The position numbers were made by a program, and so were the translations under genes. A stretch of DNA of 32,000 bases. Origin: Desulfotalea psychrophila LSv54 (lineage in GTDB: Bacteria > Desulfobacterota > Desulfobulbia > Desulfobulbales > Desulfocapsaceae). The stretch covers positions 2,070,001-2,102,000 of the forward strand of contig NC_006138.1 of NCBI RefSeq assembly GCF_000025945.1, written 5' to 3'. Below, piece by piece: positions 16,421-24,752 of the stretch; positions within the stretch are counted from its first letter, which is position 1; every line of letters begins with the position of its first letter. The notes under the pieces are model-generated. The model saw only the letters and a list, made by a program, of their open reading frames with translations, was not told the origin of the DNA and searched no databases.

Positions 16421-17784
16421 CTGCGACGGCCCTGTTGCAAAAGGAGATCCCAGGAGGGACCAACAAATCCCATCTTATGGGAAGAGGCAATACGAAGGTT
16501 CATCTTGTGACAGGGGTAGACCCGCGTCATATCTCTTCGAAAGGAGGTGAGGATACTGCTCTCCATTTCTGCCCGGCTCAGCTGGGGCGAGTAGTAGAAT
16601 GTAGGCTCAAGCAGAGACTGATCTCTGGCAATAATACCATCCTCGATGGCCCGCTGATGGATATCTGTGCCTGGCAGGATACGAATGCCAATAAAGGCAA
16701 AGACCACACTTTTTTTAAGGAGCTCTATATTGGCCAGGCCGCGGGCCAGGGTAGAGCTGTTTTCTTCGGGGCCGCCAAACATAATAAAATGGGCGCAGGA
16801 AACATCCTCTGCAGTGATTATCTTGTGGGCCGCCAGAACATCCTTGAAGGAAAAGCCCTTTTTTATACCCGCCAGAGTTTCATCCGTTGCCGCATCGGTG
16901 CCCAGCTCTGCCGCAGCAAGACCGGCCCGCTTCAACAACCTTATCTCACTACGACCAATCCCTTGGGGGCGGAAAAAGGCGCACCAGGGGATGGAAACCT
17001 CCTGGCGAATAAGCTCTTCTGCTATTTCCAGATACCTGTCGTCTGGATCGTTAAAGACACTGTCGGTAAAAAAGATATAGCGGCCCCCAAAGTCCCGGAT
17101 CAGTTTTTTAACCTCTTCCACCACCTGCTCTGGCTGATAGTGGCGAATCTTTTTCCCCTCTATTGTCGGATATGAGCAGTAGCTGCAACCATAGGGGCAA
17201 CCCCGTTTTGTCTGCACATTGAGCATGCCTCCGTGCCGGGTGTAGTACTCGGCGATATGGGGCATAAACCTGCTGCAGGGTATCAGCTCTTCTATGGCGG
17301 AAAATTTGAGGATCTTTTTGCTGGGCGGCTGTTTCTTGCCAATTTCTCCGGCAAGCCAGGTCATGACCTCTTCACCCTCACCGACCACGGCATAGTCCGC
17401 CTCTAACAGATCGAGCAGGAGCTGGGGTATGATGGAGACAGCCGGGCCACCGATGACAATAAATGTCTTTTGCAGACGGCGAATCAGCTTGGCAATGGCG
17501 ACGGCACCGTTGAGATAGTTGTCGGGTGAGGCGCTGTCAACGGTATCGATATTACGAATGGACAGACCTATAAAGTCATATCTTGCCGAGGAGAGCAGGG
17601 GCTCAAGGGCCTGCAAGCCGCCATCGGCAAGCATATCAAAGTGTCTGGTCTGGTGGCCACTGCCCTCAAGGGCACCAATAATGCAGGCCGCCCCAAGGGG
17701 GTAAACGGGATAGGGGACGACCACCTGGTTTACAGAGATAATTAAGCTATTTGAACCGGCAACAGCTGCTAACGTCCTTTCCAC
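16417..17784 (-). CDS. B12-binding-domain radical SAM protein
   Basis: N-terminal Rossmann-like VPYPVYPLGAACIIGALEGSGHQTRHFD, then KRGCPYGCSYCSYP (CxxxCxxC). GTG 17784 sits 7 nt after GAGGGG and is preferred over the TTG at 17790. Confidence 0.85.
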   Translation of the reverse strand: MERTLAAVAGSNSLIISVNQVVVPYPVYPLGAACIIGALEGSGHQTRHFDMLADGGLQALEPLLSSARYDFIGLSIRNIDTVDSASPDNYLNGAVAIAKLIRRLQKTFIVIGGPAVSIIPQLLLDLLEADYAVVGEGEEVMTWLAGEIGKKQPPSKKILKFSAIEELIPCSRFMPHIAEYYTRHGGMLNVQTKRGCPYGCSYCSYPTIEGKKIRHYQPEQVVEEVKKLIRDFGGRYIFFTDSVFNDPDDRYLEIAEELIRQEVSIPWCAFFRPQGIGRSEIRLLKRAGLAAAELGTDAATDETLAGIKKGFSFKDVLAAHKIITAEDVSCAHFIMFGGPEENSSTLARGLANIELLKKSVVFAFIGIRILPGTDIHQRAIEDGIIARDQSLLEPTFYYSPQLSRAEMESSILTSFRRDMTRVYPCHKMNLRIASSHKMGFVGPSWDLLLQQGRRR

Positions 17785-17867
17785 AATCAAACCCCTCTAA
17801 CGAATAAATAAACAGTGGGGTTTCCCCTCAATGATCTTGGCCCAAGGCCACTGGCAGAACTCTTTTT

Positions 17868-18401
17868 TTAGGCAGCTAGAAGTTTCATCTCCACCAAAAA
17901 GTGTTCTTCGCTTCCATCCAGATAGTGATCAAACTCACAGGCAAACATCATATCTATACCCGCCTGCATCTGCAACAGGAGTTGGGCCTCCTTCTTGGCA
18001 GTTGGCAGGGGCTGTCCATCTGCAAAGAGGGCATATACGGGGCCCGTAAGGCCGAAGGTCAGGGCCGCCTCGGCCAGGGGAATGTTTGCCAGGGTATAGC
18101 CAAAGAGGGCGGGGCTTGCCAGGGTAGAATTCTCATCCATGGAATCGACAAAGGCCCGATCGGTAAAGAGAGAGCCTCGGCGGCTGGCACCAATAAGACC
18201 GACGTTCAGCCCCTTGCCGTCCAGTCGCTCTCCTGGCATGAGCAGATCTTGTTCCTGCAATAGCTGGGCAAGTTCAACAATCAGCAGGCGGCTGAGAGGA
18301 GACATTCTGCCCCAACGAGGAGGGATGCTGCCCAGTAGCCCCTTTACCTGCTCGTCTGCCTGTGCTGCCAATAAACCTTTTTTTATCTCTAGCGGGATCA
18401 T
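17868..18401 (-). CDS. short ketosynthase-N-terminal-like protein without catalytic residues
   Basis: 177 aa. SPALFGYTLANIPLAEAALTFGLTGPVYAL parallels the 11977..12756 protein and the KS pre-nucleophile region. No Cys/His/His. ATGA overlap with the upstream rSAM gene. Confidence 0.55.
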   Translation of the reverse strand: MIPLEIKKGLLAAQADEQVKGLLGSIPPRWGRMSPLSRLLIVELAQLLQEQDLLMPGERLDGKGLNVGLIGASRRGSLFTDRAFVDSMDENSTLASPALFGYTLANIPLAEAALTFGLTGPVYALFADGQPLPTAKKEAQLLLQMQAGIDMMFACEFDHYLDGSEEHFLVEMKLLAA

Positions 18402-19462
18402 ATTTTCTTTGCATCCTCAGCTCGGTTCAGCCAACAGAGTGGATCTTCTGCCAGATAGTCCCCGGAAACCTGGTAGGCATGACCACGGCAGCCATAGCAG
18501 ACCTCACTGAGATCACAGCTGGCGCAACGTCCCTTGATCTTCGAGCGTATCTGGCGGAGATCCTGAAAAACCGGGGCCTGGCTAATGATCTCTGCCAGAG
18601 ATTGACTGCGGATAGATCCTGCCCTGATATTCACTCCCGGACAGGGCTGTACCTCGCCTATGGAGGTGACCGTACAGGAATATTCATGACGGGCACAGTG
18701 AGAGGCGGCCAGAGGAGGATGGGCAATCCAGTTGCAGGAAAACTCTTCACTGTCAATTCGGGAGAGCTCCTTAAAGAGACGCTCCACCTGCTCAGGCTCG
18801 ACTGCTAAGTCGTTGTGCTCGGTGGCCCGACCCTGCATGGTCATGGCCTCTACATATGGGGAAATGCCCTGGTAACGTGCCCAGCGCCAAAGGTCCGGTA
18901 GCTCATCAAAATTTTGCTGACAGATGATGGTCTCTATGCCCAGGGCACAGTTTTCACCCGGATAACCTGCATCAGTAAGGGCCTTAAAGGCCTTTTCAAT
19001 TGCCTGGTGGGTACCCACTCTCCCGGCTAGATAATCCTGTACTTCCGGAATCTTACTGTTCATCTTCAGGACAACATCAACCTCCAGCTTCTGCAGGCGG
19101 ATGGCAACATCGGAGCTCAGGCTCAGGCCGTTGGTGAAGAGATCGACGGCCAGCCCTTTATTTCGAATATACTCTATGACTTCAAAAAGATGGGGGTAGA
19201 GGAGGGGCTCACCACCACCGAGAACAATTATCTTTTGTGCGCCGAGTCCTATGGCCTGGTCGATAATATCTTTTATCTCTACCAGAGTGAGCTCATTTTT
19301 TAGAGGCACACCGGAGGCGGCATAACAGTAGACGCAGCGTAAATCACAAATACGTGAGAGCTCCAGCTCCAGGGAGAGCAGTCCACCCCGCGCGCGACAC
19401 TTTGCTATCTCTTCCGGACTAAACTCCATTCCCAACTGTTCACTTAAACATGCCATTAACAT
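18398..19462 (-). CDS. radical SAM protein with C-terminal SPASM-type Cys cluster
   Basis: CDLRCVYCY (CxxxCxxC), GGGEPLL, and C-terminal CPG...CASCDLSEVCYGCRGHAY. Confidence 0.85.
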   Translation of the reverse strand: MLMACLSEQLGMEFSPEEIAKCRARGGLLSLELELSRICDLRCVYCYAASGVPLKNELTLVEIKDIIDQAIGLGAQKIIVLGGGEPLLYPHLFEVIEYIRNKGLAVDLFTNGLSLSSDVAIRLQKLEVDVVLKMNSKIPEVQDYLAGRVGTHQAIEKAFKALTDAGYPGENCALGIETIICQQNFDELPDLWRWARYQGISPYVEAMTMQGRATEHNDLAVEPEQVERLFKELSRIDSEEFSCNWIAHPPLAASHCARHEYSCTVTSIGEVQPCPGVNIRAGSIRSQSLAEIISQAPVFQDLRQIRSKIKGRCASCDLSEVCYGCRGHAYQVSGDYLAEDPLCWLNRAEDAKKI

Positions 19463-19483
19463 AATCCTTCAAAAATATAGTAA

Positions 19484-19507
19484 GAACAGATATTTAGCCA
19501 TCTGTTC
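19484..19507 (-). other. perfect 8-bp intercistronic hairpin followed by a U-rich tract (internal attenuator/processing-site candidate)
   Basis: GAACAGAT (19484-19491) pairs with ATCTGTTC (19500-19507), 8-nt loop. On the minus strand it is followed by TTACTATATTTTTG and then the RBS GAAGGA. Confidence 0.45.
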
Positions 19508-19513
19508 CGGAAA

Positions 19514-20818
19514 TTACCTATAATCAAAAAACTTTCTTGGTTTTCGTCCACCATCCGCCGTCATGGTGGCCTTAACCTGTTCGGGAGGAAGCACCGTCAG
19601 GGTAGGTTTTACCCGCAGCTGTGCCTGGAGCATCTCCTCAAATTTTTTGTCCAGCGCCTTATCATCACAGCCAACCACTACATGGACATCATCAATTCCA
19701 TCGGCACCTGTACGTACCTCAACGTATGCTCCAGAAACGGCCTCAACCTTCTGCAGAATATTGAAGATTGTTTCAGGATAAAGGGTTGTCCCCTTATATT
19801 TCAGTCGCTGAGCCAGACGTCCCTCCACGGGGCCCAGTCGTTTGGTGTTCCAGCCACAGGCACATGGGGAGTTTTCCAATCGACTGATATCACCAGTTTT
19901 AAGGCGGACCAGGGGGAATCCCTCGATGCCCAGAGGTGTTACCACCACCTCGCCAGAAACGCCATCGGCTACCACCCTGCCATGATCATCCACCACCTCG
20001 ACCAACATCAGCTCAGGGTGGACATGTCCGCCCCGGGCCATGGTGCATTCGCTAAAGGCAGTTTCAAACTCTGTTGCCCCGTAAGAAGAGTAGAGGTCTG
20101 CTTGCCAGAGATCATGTAGTTGAGCGCCAAGTGGGGTGAGACCGTGATCCGGTTGCCGCACAGATTCACCTATGGTGATAATGCTCTTAATCGAAGAGGT
20201 GGCAGGGTCTATTCCTTCCGCCAAGGCCCACTGGCCGAGATCGCGTAAAAATGTGGGTACCCCGACAATGATCTTGGGCTTTAGGGTGTTTATGGTGTGC
20301 CACTGACGAGCCGGTTGGCCGGGGCCGCTGCGAATTGCCGAGGCGCCCAGAAAGGTTATGCCGGAGTAGTAGGCAAGTCCTGCTACAAAACACCTGTCCA
20401 GAGTTACCGTTAGTAGTACCCTGTCCTCAGGTCGAACTCCCGCGCCATAAAAGGCCATTGCCTCGTTAAAGGCCAGTCGTTTCAGATCTGCTTCGGTATA
20501 GGGGACCACAACCGCATTACCCGTGGTTCCCGATGTCAGGGCAATATCACGAAAGGCCCTTTCATTACGCAAACCAAATGCGTCAGCATGACTGTCCAGC
20601 TGTTCTCTGGTCGTGAAGGGGAGTTGGGAGAGCTCTGCAACAGAGCTTAGAGCCTCTATCTCTTTTTTCCCTATGCCCAACGCCTTTTTGTAAAAGGGTA
20701 TGCTGAGGGCATGGAGCAGATGTCTCTTGAGCAGTACCAGTTGTACCTCTTCAATTTGCGCCAGAGGGGCCCTGCGAAGAGAAATAGCCTGCTCGATATT
20801 GTACTTATCTGCCAACAT
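19514..20818 (-). CDS. PaaK/coenzyme F390 synthetase-family adenylate-forming enzyme (starter-acid activation)
   Basis: 434 aa. TSGTTGNAVVVPYT motif and the size typical of phenylacetate-CoA ligase-like enzymes. Confidence 0.8.
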   Translation of the reverse strand: MLADKYNIEQAISLRRAPLAQIEEVQLVLLKRHLLHALSIPFYKKALGIGKKEIEALSSVAELSQLPFTTREQLDSHADAFGLRNERAFRDIALTSGTTGNAVVVPYTEADLKRLAFNEAMAFYGAGVRPEDRVLLTVTLDRCFVAGLAYYSGITFLGASAIRSGPGQPARQWHTINTLKPKIIVGVPTFLRDLGQWALAEGIDPATSSIKSIITIGESVRQPDHGLTPLGAQLHDLWQADLYSSYGATEFETAFSECTMARGGHVHPELMLVEVVDDHGRVVADGVSGEVVVTPLGIEGFPLVRLKTGDISRLENSPCACGWNTKRLGPVEGRLAQRLKYKGTTLYPETIFNILQKVEAVSGAYVEVRTGADGIDDVHVVVGCDDKALDKKFEEMLQAQLRVKPTLTVLPPEQVKATMTADGGRKPRKFFDYR

Positions 20819-20836
20819 AGTATTGCCTTTTCACTT

Positions 20837-20897
20837 GGGGAAACCTTGAAAAAATAGATTTTTCTTTAAATTTCCGCATTATTCGAAAAATCTTCCA
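20837..20897 (+). repeat. dispersed intergenic repeat, copy B (5' module, plus orientation, antisense to the operon)
   Basis: GGGGAAACCTTGAAAAAATAGATTTTTCTTTAAATTTCCGCATTATTCGAAAAATCTTCC aligns with 31795-31853. Confidence 0.75.
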
Positions 20898-20913
20898 AGC
20901 TAGCTAACCTCTG

Positions 20914-21654
20914 TCAACTAAAATGGCCATATTCCCGGAGAGTGGTCTCTATTTGCTCTTGGACATAACGACGCATGCGCTGAACATCATCTCGACCACC
21001 ACTTTTCTCTGGATAGACAGGTTCAAGTACCACCAACTTTACCCTGCCGCACGACAGTAGTCGTTTTCCCGGGGCGAGGATATCTGCTGATCCCAGGATA
21101 CATACGGGAATGATGGGTCTGTTGGTCTCCTGAGCCAGGGTAAATGCCCCCGTTTTAAACCGGGCCAACTGTCGATTGCGGGAACGATGTCCCTCGGGCC
21201 AGATAGTTACATAGCATCCATCATCAAGCATCTTCTGGCTTTTACTTAAAATCTCAGCCCAACCCTTTTCGGCATTTGCATAGCCGGCAATTTTCATAAA
21301 AAAGCTATACAGGGGGATTTTGAAGGGCCAGGAGGTGACAAAACCACTCTCTACAGGGATAGCTCCAAAAAGATAGGGATCTATGGCCGAATTGTGGTTC
21401 GCAACAAAAATTGAGGCCGGTGGTAAGCTCTTTGTCCGGTAAATAACCTCAACGGGTGCCCAGAAGGGTATTTTGCAGACCAAGATCCAACCGTAAAGAC
21501 AGATTCCCCGGCGCAGAGCAGAGCCGATGCTTACAGAATTAACTGTTACGCAGAGCAGGATAGTAAGGGGGGATATGATGACTGCAATGGCTGTGACCAC
21601 GGTGAAGGCCATAAAAAAATAGCAGTTCCACAATATTTTTTGCAAAAGGATCAT
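20914..21654 (-). CDS. 1-acyl-sn-glycerol-3-phosphate acyltransferase family (PlsC-like) membrane protein
   Basis: N-terminal TMs. HX4D motif (VANHNSAIDP) and WPEGHRS motif. ATGA overlap with the ACP gene. Confidence 0.85.
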   Translation of the reverse strand: MILLQKILWNCYFFMAFTVVTAIAVIISPLTILLCVTVNSVSIGSALRRGICLYGWILVCKIPFWAPVEVIYRTKSLPPASIFVANHNSAIDPYLFGAIPVESGFVTSWPFKIPLYSFFMKIAGYANAEKGWAEILSKSQKMLDDGCYVTIWPEGHRSRNRQLARFKTGAFTLAQETNRPIIPVCILGSADILAPGKRLLSCGRVKLVVLEPVYPEKSGGRDDVQRMRRYVQEQIETTLREYGHFS

Positions 21655-21911
21655 GCAGCTGTCTGGCCCGCCTTTTTCTTAACAATAAATTCTGCCAAAT
21701 CCTTCAGGGTCCAGATGGAGCGGATCTCTTTTTCATCAGCAAGTTTCAGGCCAAATGTTTTTTCTAAAACGATAACCATATCAACGGCATCAAGACTATC
21801 AAGCCCAAGCTCCTCATAGAGGGATGCCTCCGGAGTCATCTCTTCCCGGTTGAGTTCAAACTCTTCTGCAAGTACATCAACGACTGTTTGAAAAACTTCT
21901 TTATCTGTCAT
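21651..21911 (-). CDS. acyl carrier protein
   Basis: 86 aa, LGLDSLDAVDMV. ATGA overlap with the KS gene. Confidence 0.9.
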   Translation of the reverse strand: MTDKEVFQTVVDVLAEEFELNREEMTPEASLYEELGLDSLDAVDMVIVLEKTFGLKLADEKEIRSIWTLKDLAEFIVKKKAGQTAA

Positions 21912-23155
21912 GGGTATATGTCATTTCTTATTGCCAGCGAGGTATTTACACCTCCAAGGGCAAAATTGTTTTTTAATATAGTTTTCAAAAAAGCGGAACT
22001 CTTCTCTCTGATTAGCGAAATACCATTGCAACGGGGATCAGCCAGGGATAAATTTCGGGTAGGGATGATCTCCTGACGCTGCATCATTTCCAGTACAGCT
22101 ATTATCTCCAGGGCTCCGGAGGCACCGAGGGTATGGCCTAAATGTCCCTTAAAAGAACTTACCGGGATCAGGGGGCCAAGGACGCTGGCGATGGCTCTAG
22201 CCTCGGCAATATCACCAAGCTCAGTTCCCGTTGCATGGGCGTTGACATAATCAATATCTGCGGCAATGATCCCTGCCTCCGACATTGCTCTGCTCATGGC
22301 CCTTTGCATGGAGTGGGTATCGGGGTTAGCAATATGGCCACTATCGGTGACATTACCAAAGCCTACTATCTCTCCATATATTTTCGCCCCCCGTGCCTGG
22401 GCTGAGGCCAACTCTTCTAACACTAAAACACCACTTCCTCCACCACAAACTACCCCATCCCGGTCTTTGGCAAAGGGGCGACAGGAAGATTCCGGCTCCT
22501 GATGCCGACGAGAGGCTGCGCCTAATAGATCAAAAACACCGGTCACCGATGGATGCGTCTCTTCGGCTCCGCCACAGAGCATTGCCTGCTGTCTTCCCGC
22601 TTTAATGAGGATATAACCCAAGCCTATGGCCTGAGAGGAGGAGGTGCAGGCACTCGCAGGGCCCCACTGTTCTCCCTTTATCCCCAGGGTAAGGCTGACG
22701 TTTGCCGCGCAGGAGTGACCCATGGACTTAAAAAATTCCCCTGACTTGATTCCCTGCAGTGAGCTGTTGACCAGATACTGTAAGTAAAAAGTTTCATAGG
22801 CCGCAGGGCTACCGGTGGTTGAGCCGATGGCAACACCTATATCACCCGAGGAGAGGCACTCTTTGTCTATGCCACTGTCGGCCACCGCTTCTTGGGAGGC
22901 GATGGTGGCAAACATGGCCATTTTTCCCATGGTACGACGTTGTATGCGGGGTAATATTTTCAGATCAAAATCTGGTACCGGAGCAGCCAGATGACTTCCA
23001 AGGCCTGCTACGTCCTGCCATTCCGGAATAGAGCGAATGGCGGAACATCCCTGCCAGAGATTTTCCAGTAGAGTAGGTACACCCAAACCAAAGGGAGAGA
23101 CTGCGCCTCTGCCAGTTATAACGACCCGTTTATTCACAGTTGCACACTTCTCCAA
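21908..23155 (-). CDS. beta-ketoacyl-ACP synthase, FabF/FabB-like (complete Cys-His-His)
   Basis: ASACTSSSQAIG, NAHATGTELGD, KGHLGHTLGASG. The start could instead be GTG 23137 (GTGA overlap with the upstream stop, N-terminus NKRVVITGRG). Confidence 0.9.
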   Translation of the reverse strand: MEKCATVNKRVVITGRGAVSPFGLGVPTLLENLWQGCSAIRSIPEWQDVAGLGSHLAAPVPDFDLKILPRIQRRTMGKMAMFATIASQEAVADSGIDKECLSSGDIGVAIGSTTGSPAAYETFYLQYLVNSSLQGIKSGEFFKSMGHSCAANVSLTLGIKGEQWGPASACTSSSQAIGLGYILIKAGRQQAMLCGGAEETHPSVTGVFDLLGAASRRHQEPESSCRPFAKDRDGVVCGGGSGVLVLEELASAQARGAKIYGEIVGFGNVTDSGHIANPDTHSMQRAMSRAMSEAGIIAADIDYVNAHATGTELGDIAEARAIASVLGPLIPVSSFKGHLGHTLGASGALEIIAVLEMMQRQEIIPTRNLSLADPRCNGISLIREKSSAFLKTILKNNFALGGVNTSLAIRNDIYP

Positions 23156-24633
23156 AGATCTTCTAAACCAAGTATTTCTCCAGCACTTACCAGTCCTGCA
23201 ACAGAGGCTCCAACAACTCCTGTCATAAGTGTGGATTGCCCACTTAGGTAAAACCCTGGTAAACGCGTACGTACATCGGGGTTAAACTGTCCTAAGCAGT
23301 GCATTGCGCCATAGGTACAGCCGGAGGGCGCAGAGAGTTCATCGCGAAAGGTAAGGGGGCTTGCAGTGGCAAGGGGATTCAGGGTTCCACATATATCCCC
23401 CCATTTTTCTTCTGCTCTATGAATCATTTTTTCGGCAATGGCTCTTTTCCACTCTGTATATTCAGGCCCCCTAGGTGGAGAATTCTTGCCTGCAAATTGC
23501 TCGATATCCTGCCAATAACCAGTACTCAGTAATATAACGTCATTGCCTTGACCATGCAATCCTTTCTGTGGAACTGCTGGGGCACCGCTTGTCATAAGCA
23601 TCGTGCGCTGATGGGGGGCAAGTTGGCTCTGTTGAGGGAGGATGGCCCCTTCTTTCGGGAAAAGATAGTAGTTTAGTATGCCGTCGGCACAGTCTACCCT
23701 CTTTTCTGATTCTGCAAAAACGGCAAACATTGAAAGAGAGGGACGCAGGTTTTTTACCCTGGTTTTATAGGCTGGTCGGAAGCCCTGTGGGGGGAGGAGG
23801 TCAAGCGATTGGCTCGGGTGACCTGTATAAATTACCTGCTGACAGGTGATCTCTTCTCCCGAGGCAAGTTGAACCCCTGCGGTCATTCCATTGTTCACCA
23901 GAACTGAGGTGACCTCAGCATTGAGGGTGAGAGTTGCCCCATATTTGTCCAGGGCGTTTGCAAAGGAATCGACAACACTCTGTCCTCCTCCTGCTACCTT
24001 GTATGCACCCGAGTAATAACCATGGGCGACCAGGGAATGGACCTCAAGTGAGGCATCAGCTGTTGGCACCCCATAGAGAAATCCGGGTGCCTCAAGTACA
24101 GCTCGCAGGAGTCTGTCGTCGGTGATGCTCTTTAGAAAACTGGAAAGAGACTGGGCATTTTCCTTATATCCTCGCAGGAAGGGAAGGAGGGGGAGATGAG
24201 GCTTATAAAAGGGCACATCCTGGCAATTTTCTTGCACCGTTTTCAGGTATTTTCTGATGCCCTGTAGTTCTCTTGGAAACTCTCTCTCCAGTTCTTCGGC
24301 AAGTTTTTCATAGGAAAAATAACCCCGAATAACGCGTCCGCTTGCCCCGTCCTCAAAATGATCATAGCCTGCTGGATCAGAGGGGATAATGTCTAAGCTC
24401 TGCAAGACACCGCAGTGTTTCCAGAGGAAATTTAATACCTCTCCTTCTCCCAGGCATCCTGTGTAGTGGAATCCCACGTCAAAGGCGTGTCTCTTTCTGG
24501 TGAACTGCCGGATAGATCCGCCCGGATATCTGCTCTTTTCCAGAATTACTACCTTCTTGCCATGTTTTGCCAGCAGGGCACCGGCGGTTAGGCCACTTAT
24601 GCCACTCCCTATAATAACAACGTCTGCCCTCAC
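23134..24633 (-). CDS. FAD-dependent oxidoreductase of the phytoene desaturase (CrtI/CrtD) family
   Basis: 499 aa. VVIIGSGISGLTAGALLAKHGKKVVILEKSRYPGG dinucleotide fold and C-terminal GFYLSGQSTLMTGVVGA. GTG start 4 nt after GGGAGG. Confidence 0.85.
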   Translation of the reverse strand: MRADVVIIGSGISGLTAGALLAKHGKKVVILEKSRYPGGSIRQFTRKRHAFDVGFHYTGCLGEGEVLNFLWKHCGVLQSLDIIPSDPAGYDHFEDGASGRVIRGYFSYEKLAEELEREFPRELQGIRKYLKTVQENCQDVPFYKPHLPLLPFLRGYKENAQSLSSFLKSITDDRLLRAVLEAPGFLYGVPTADASLEVHSLVAHGYYSGAYKVAGGGQSVVDSFANALDKYGATLTLNAEVTSVLVNNGMTAGVQLASGEEITCQQVIYTGHPSQSLDLLPPQGFRPAYKTRVKNLRPSLSMFAVFAESEKRVDCADGILNYYLFPKEGAILPQQSQLAPHQRTMLMTSGAPAVPQKGLHGQGNDVILLSTGYWQDIEQFAGKNSPPRGPEYTEWKRAIAEKMIHRAEEKWGDICGTLNPLATASPLTFRDELSAPSGCTYGAMHCLGQFNPDVRTRLPGFYLSGQSTLMTGVVGASVAGLVSAGEILGLEDLWRSVQL

Positions 24634-24752
24634 AGTTCCTCCCAGGATTCGTGTTTTTTATTTTTGCTGACAAAAGTCAAACCATCGGTAAAAAAATATA
24701 TACGATGGATTAATTTATCACATAACTAACAGCAACTCATTGTTCAATGTAA

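Noticed and set aside
15713-17175. Long plus-strand ORFs (15713-16510, 265 aa; 16402-17175, 257 aa) and many similar ones (10752-11315, 18362-18808, 26969-27409, 25869-26279, among others)
   Set aside because: They run antisense to, or in an alternative frame of, genes with clear family motifs. They have Arg/Pro/Gly/Ser-rich low-complexity composition, no RBS and no recognisable domain. These are typical shadow ORFs.
17791-17867. Possible internal terminator GGGGAAACCCC plus T-rich tract before the B12-rSAM gene
   Set aside because: The stem is only 4 bp, and the following tract is interrupted. It is more likely part of the RBS context.
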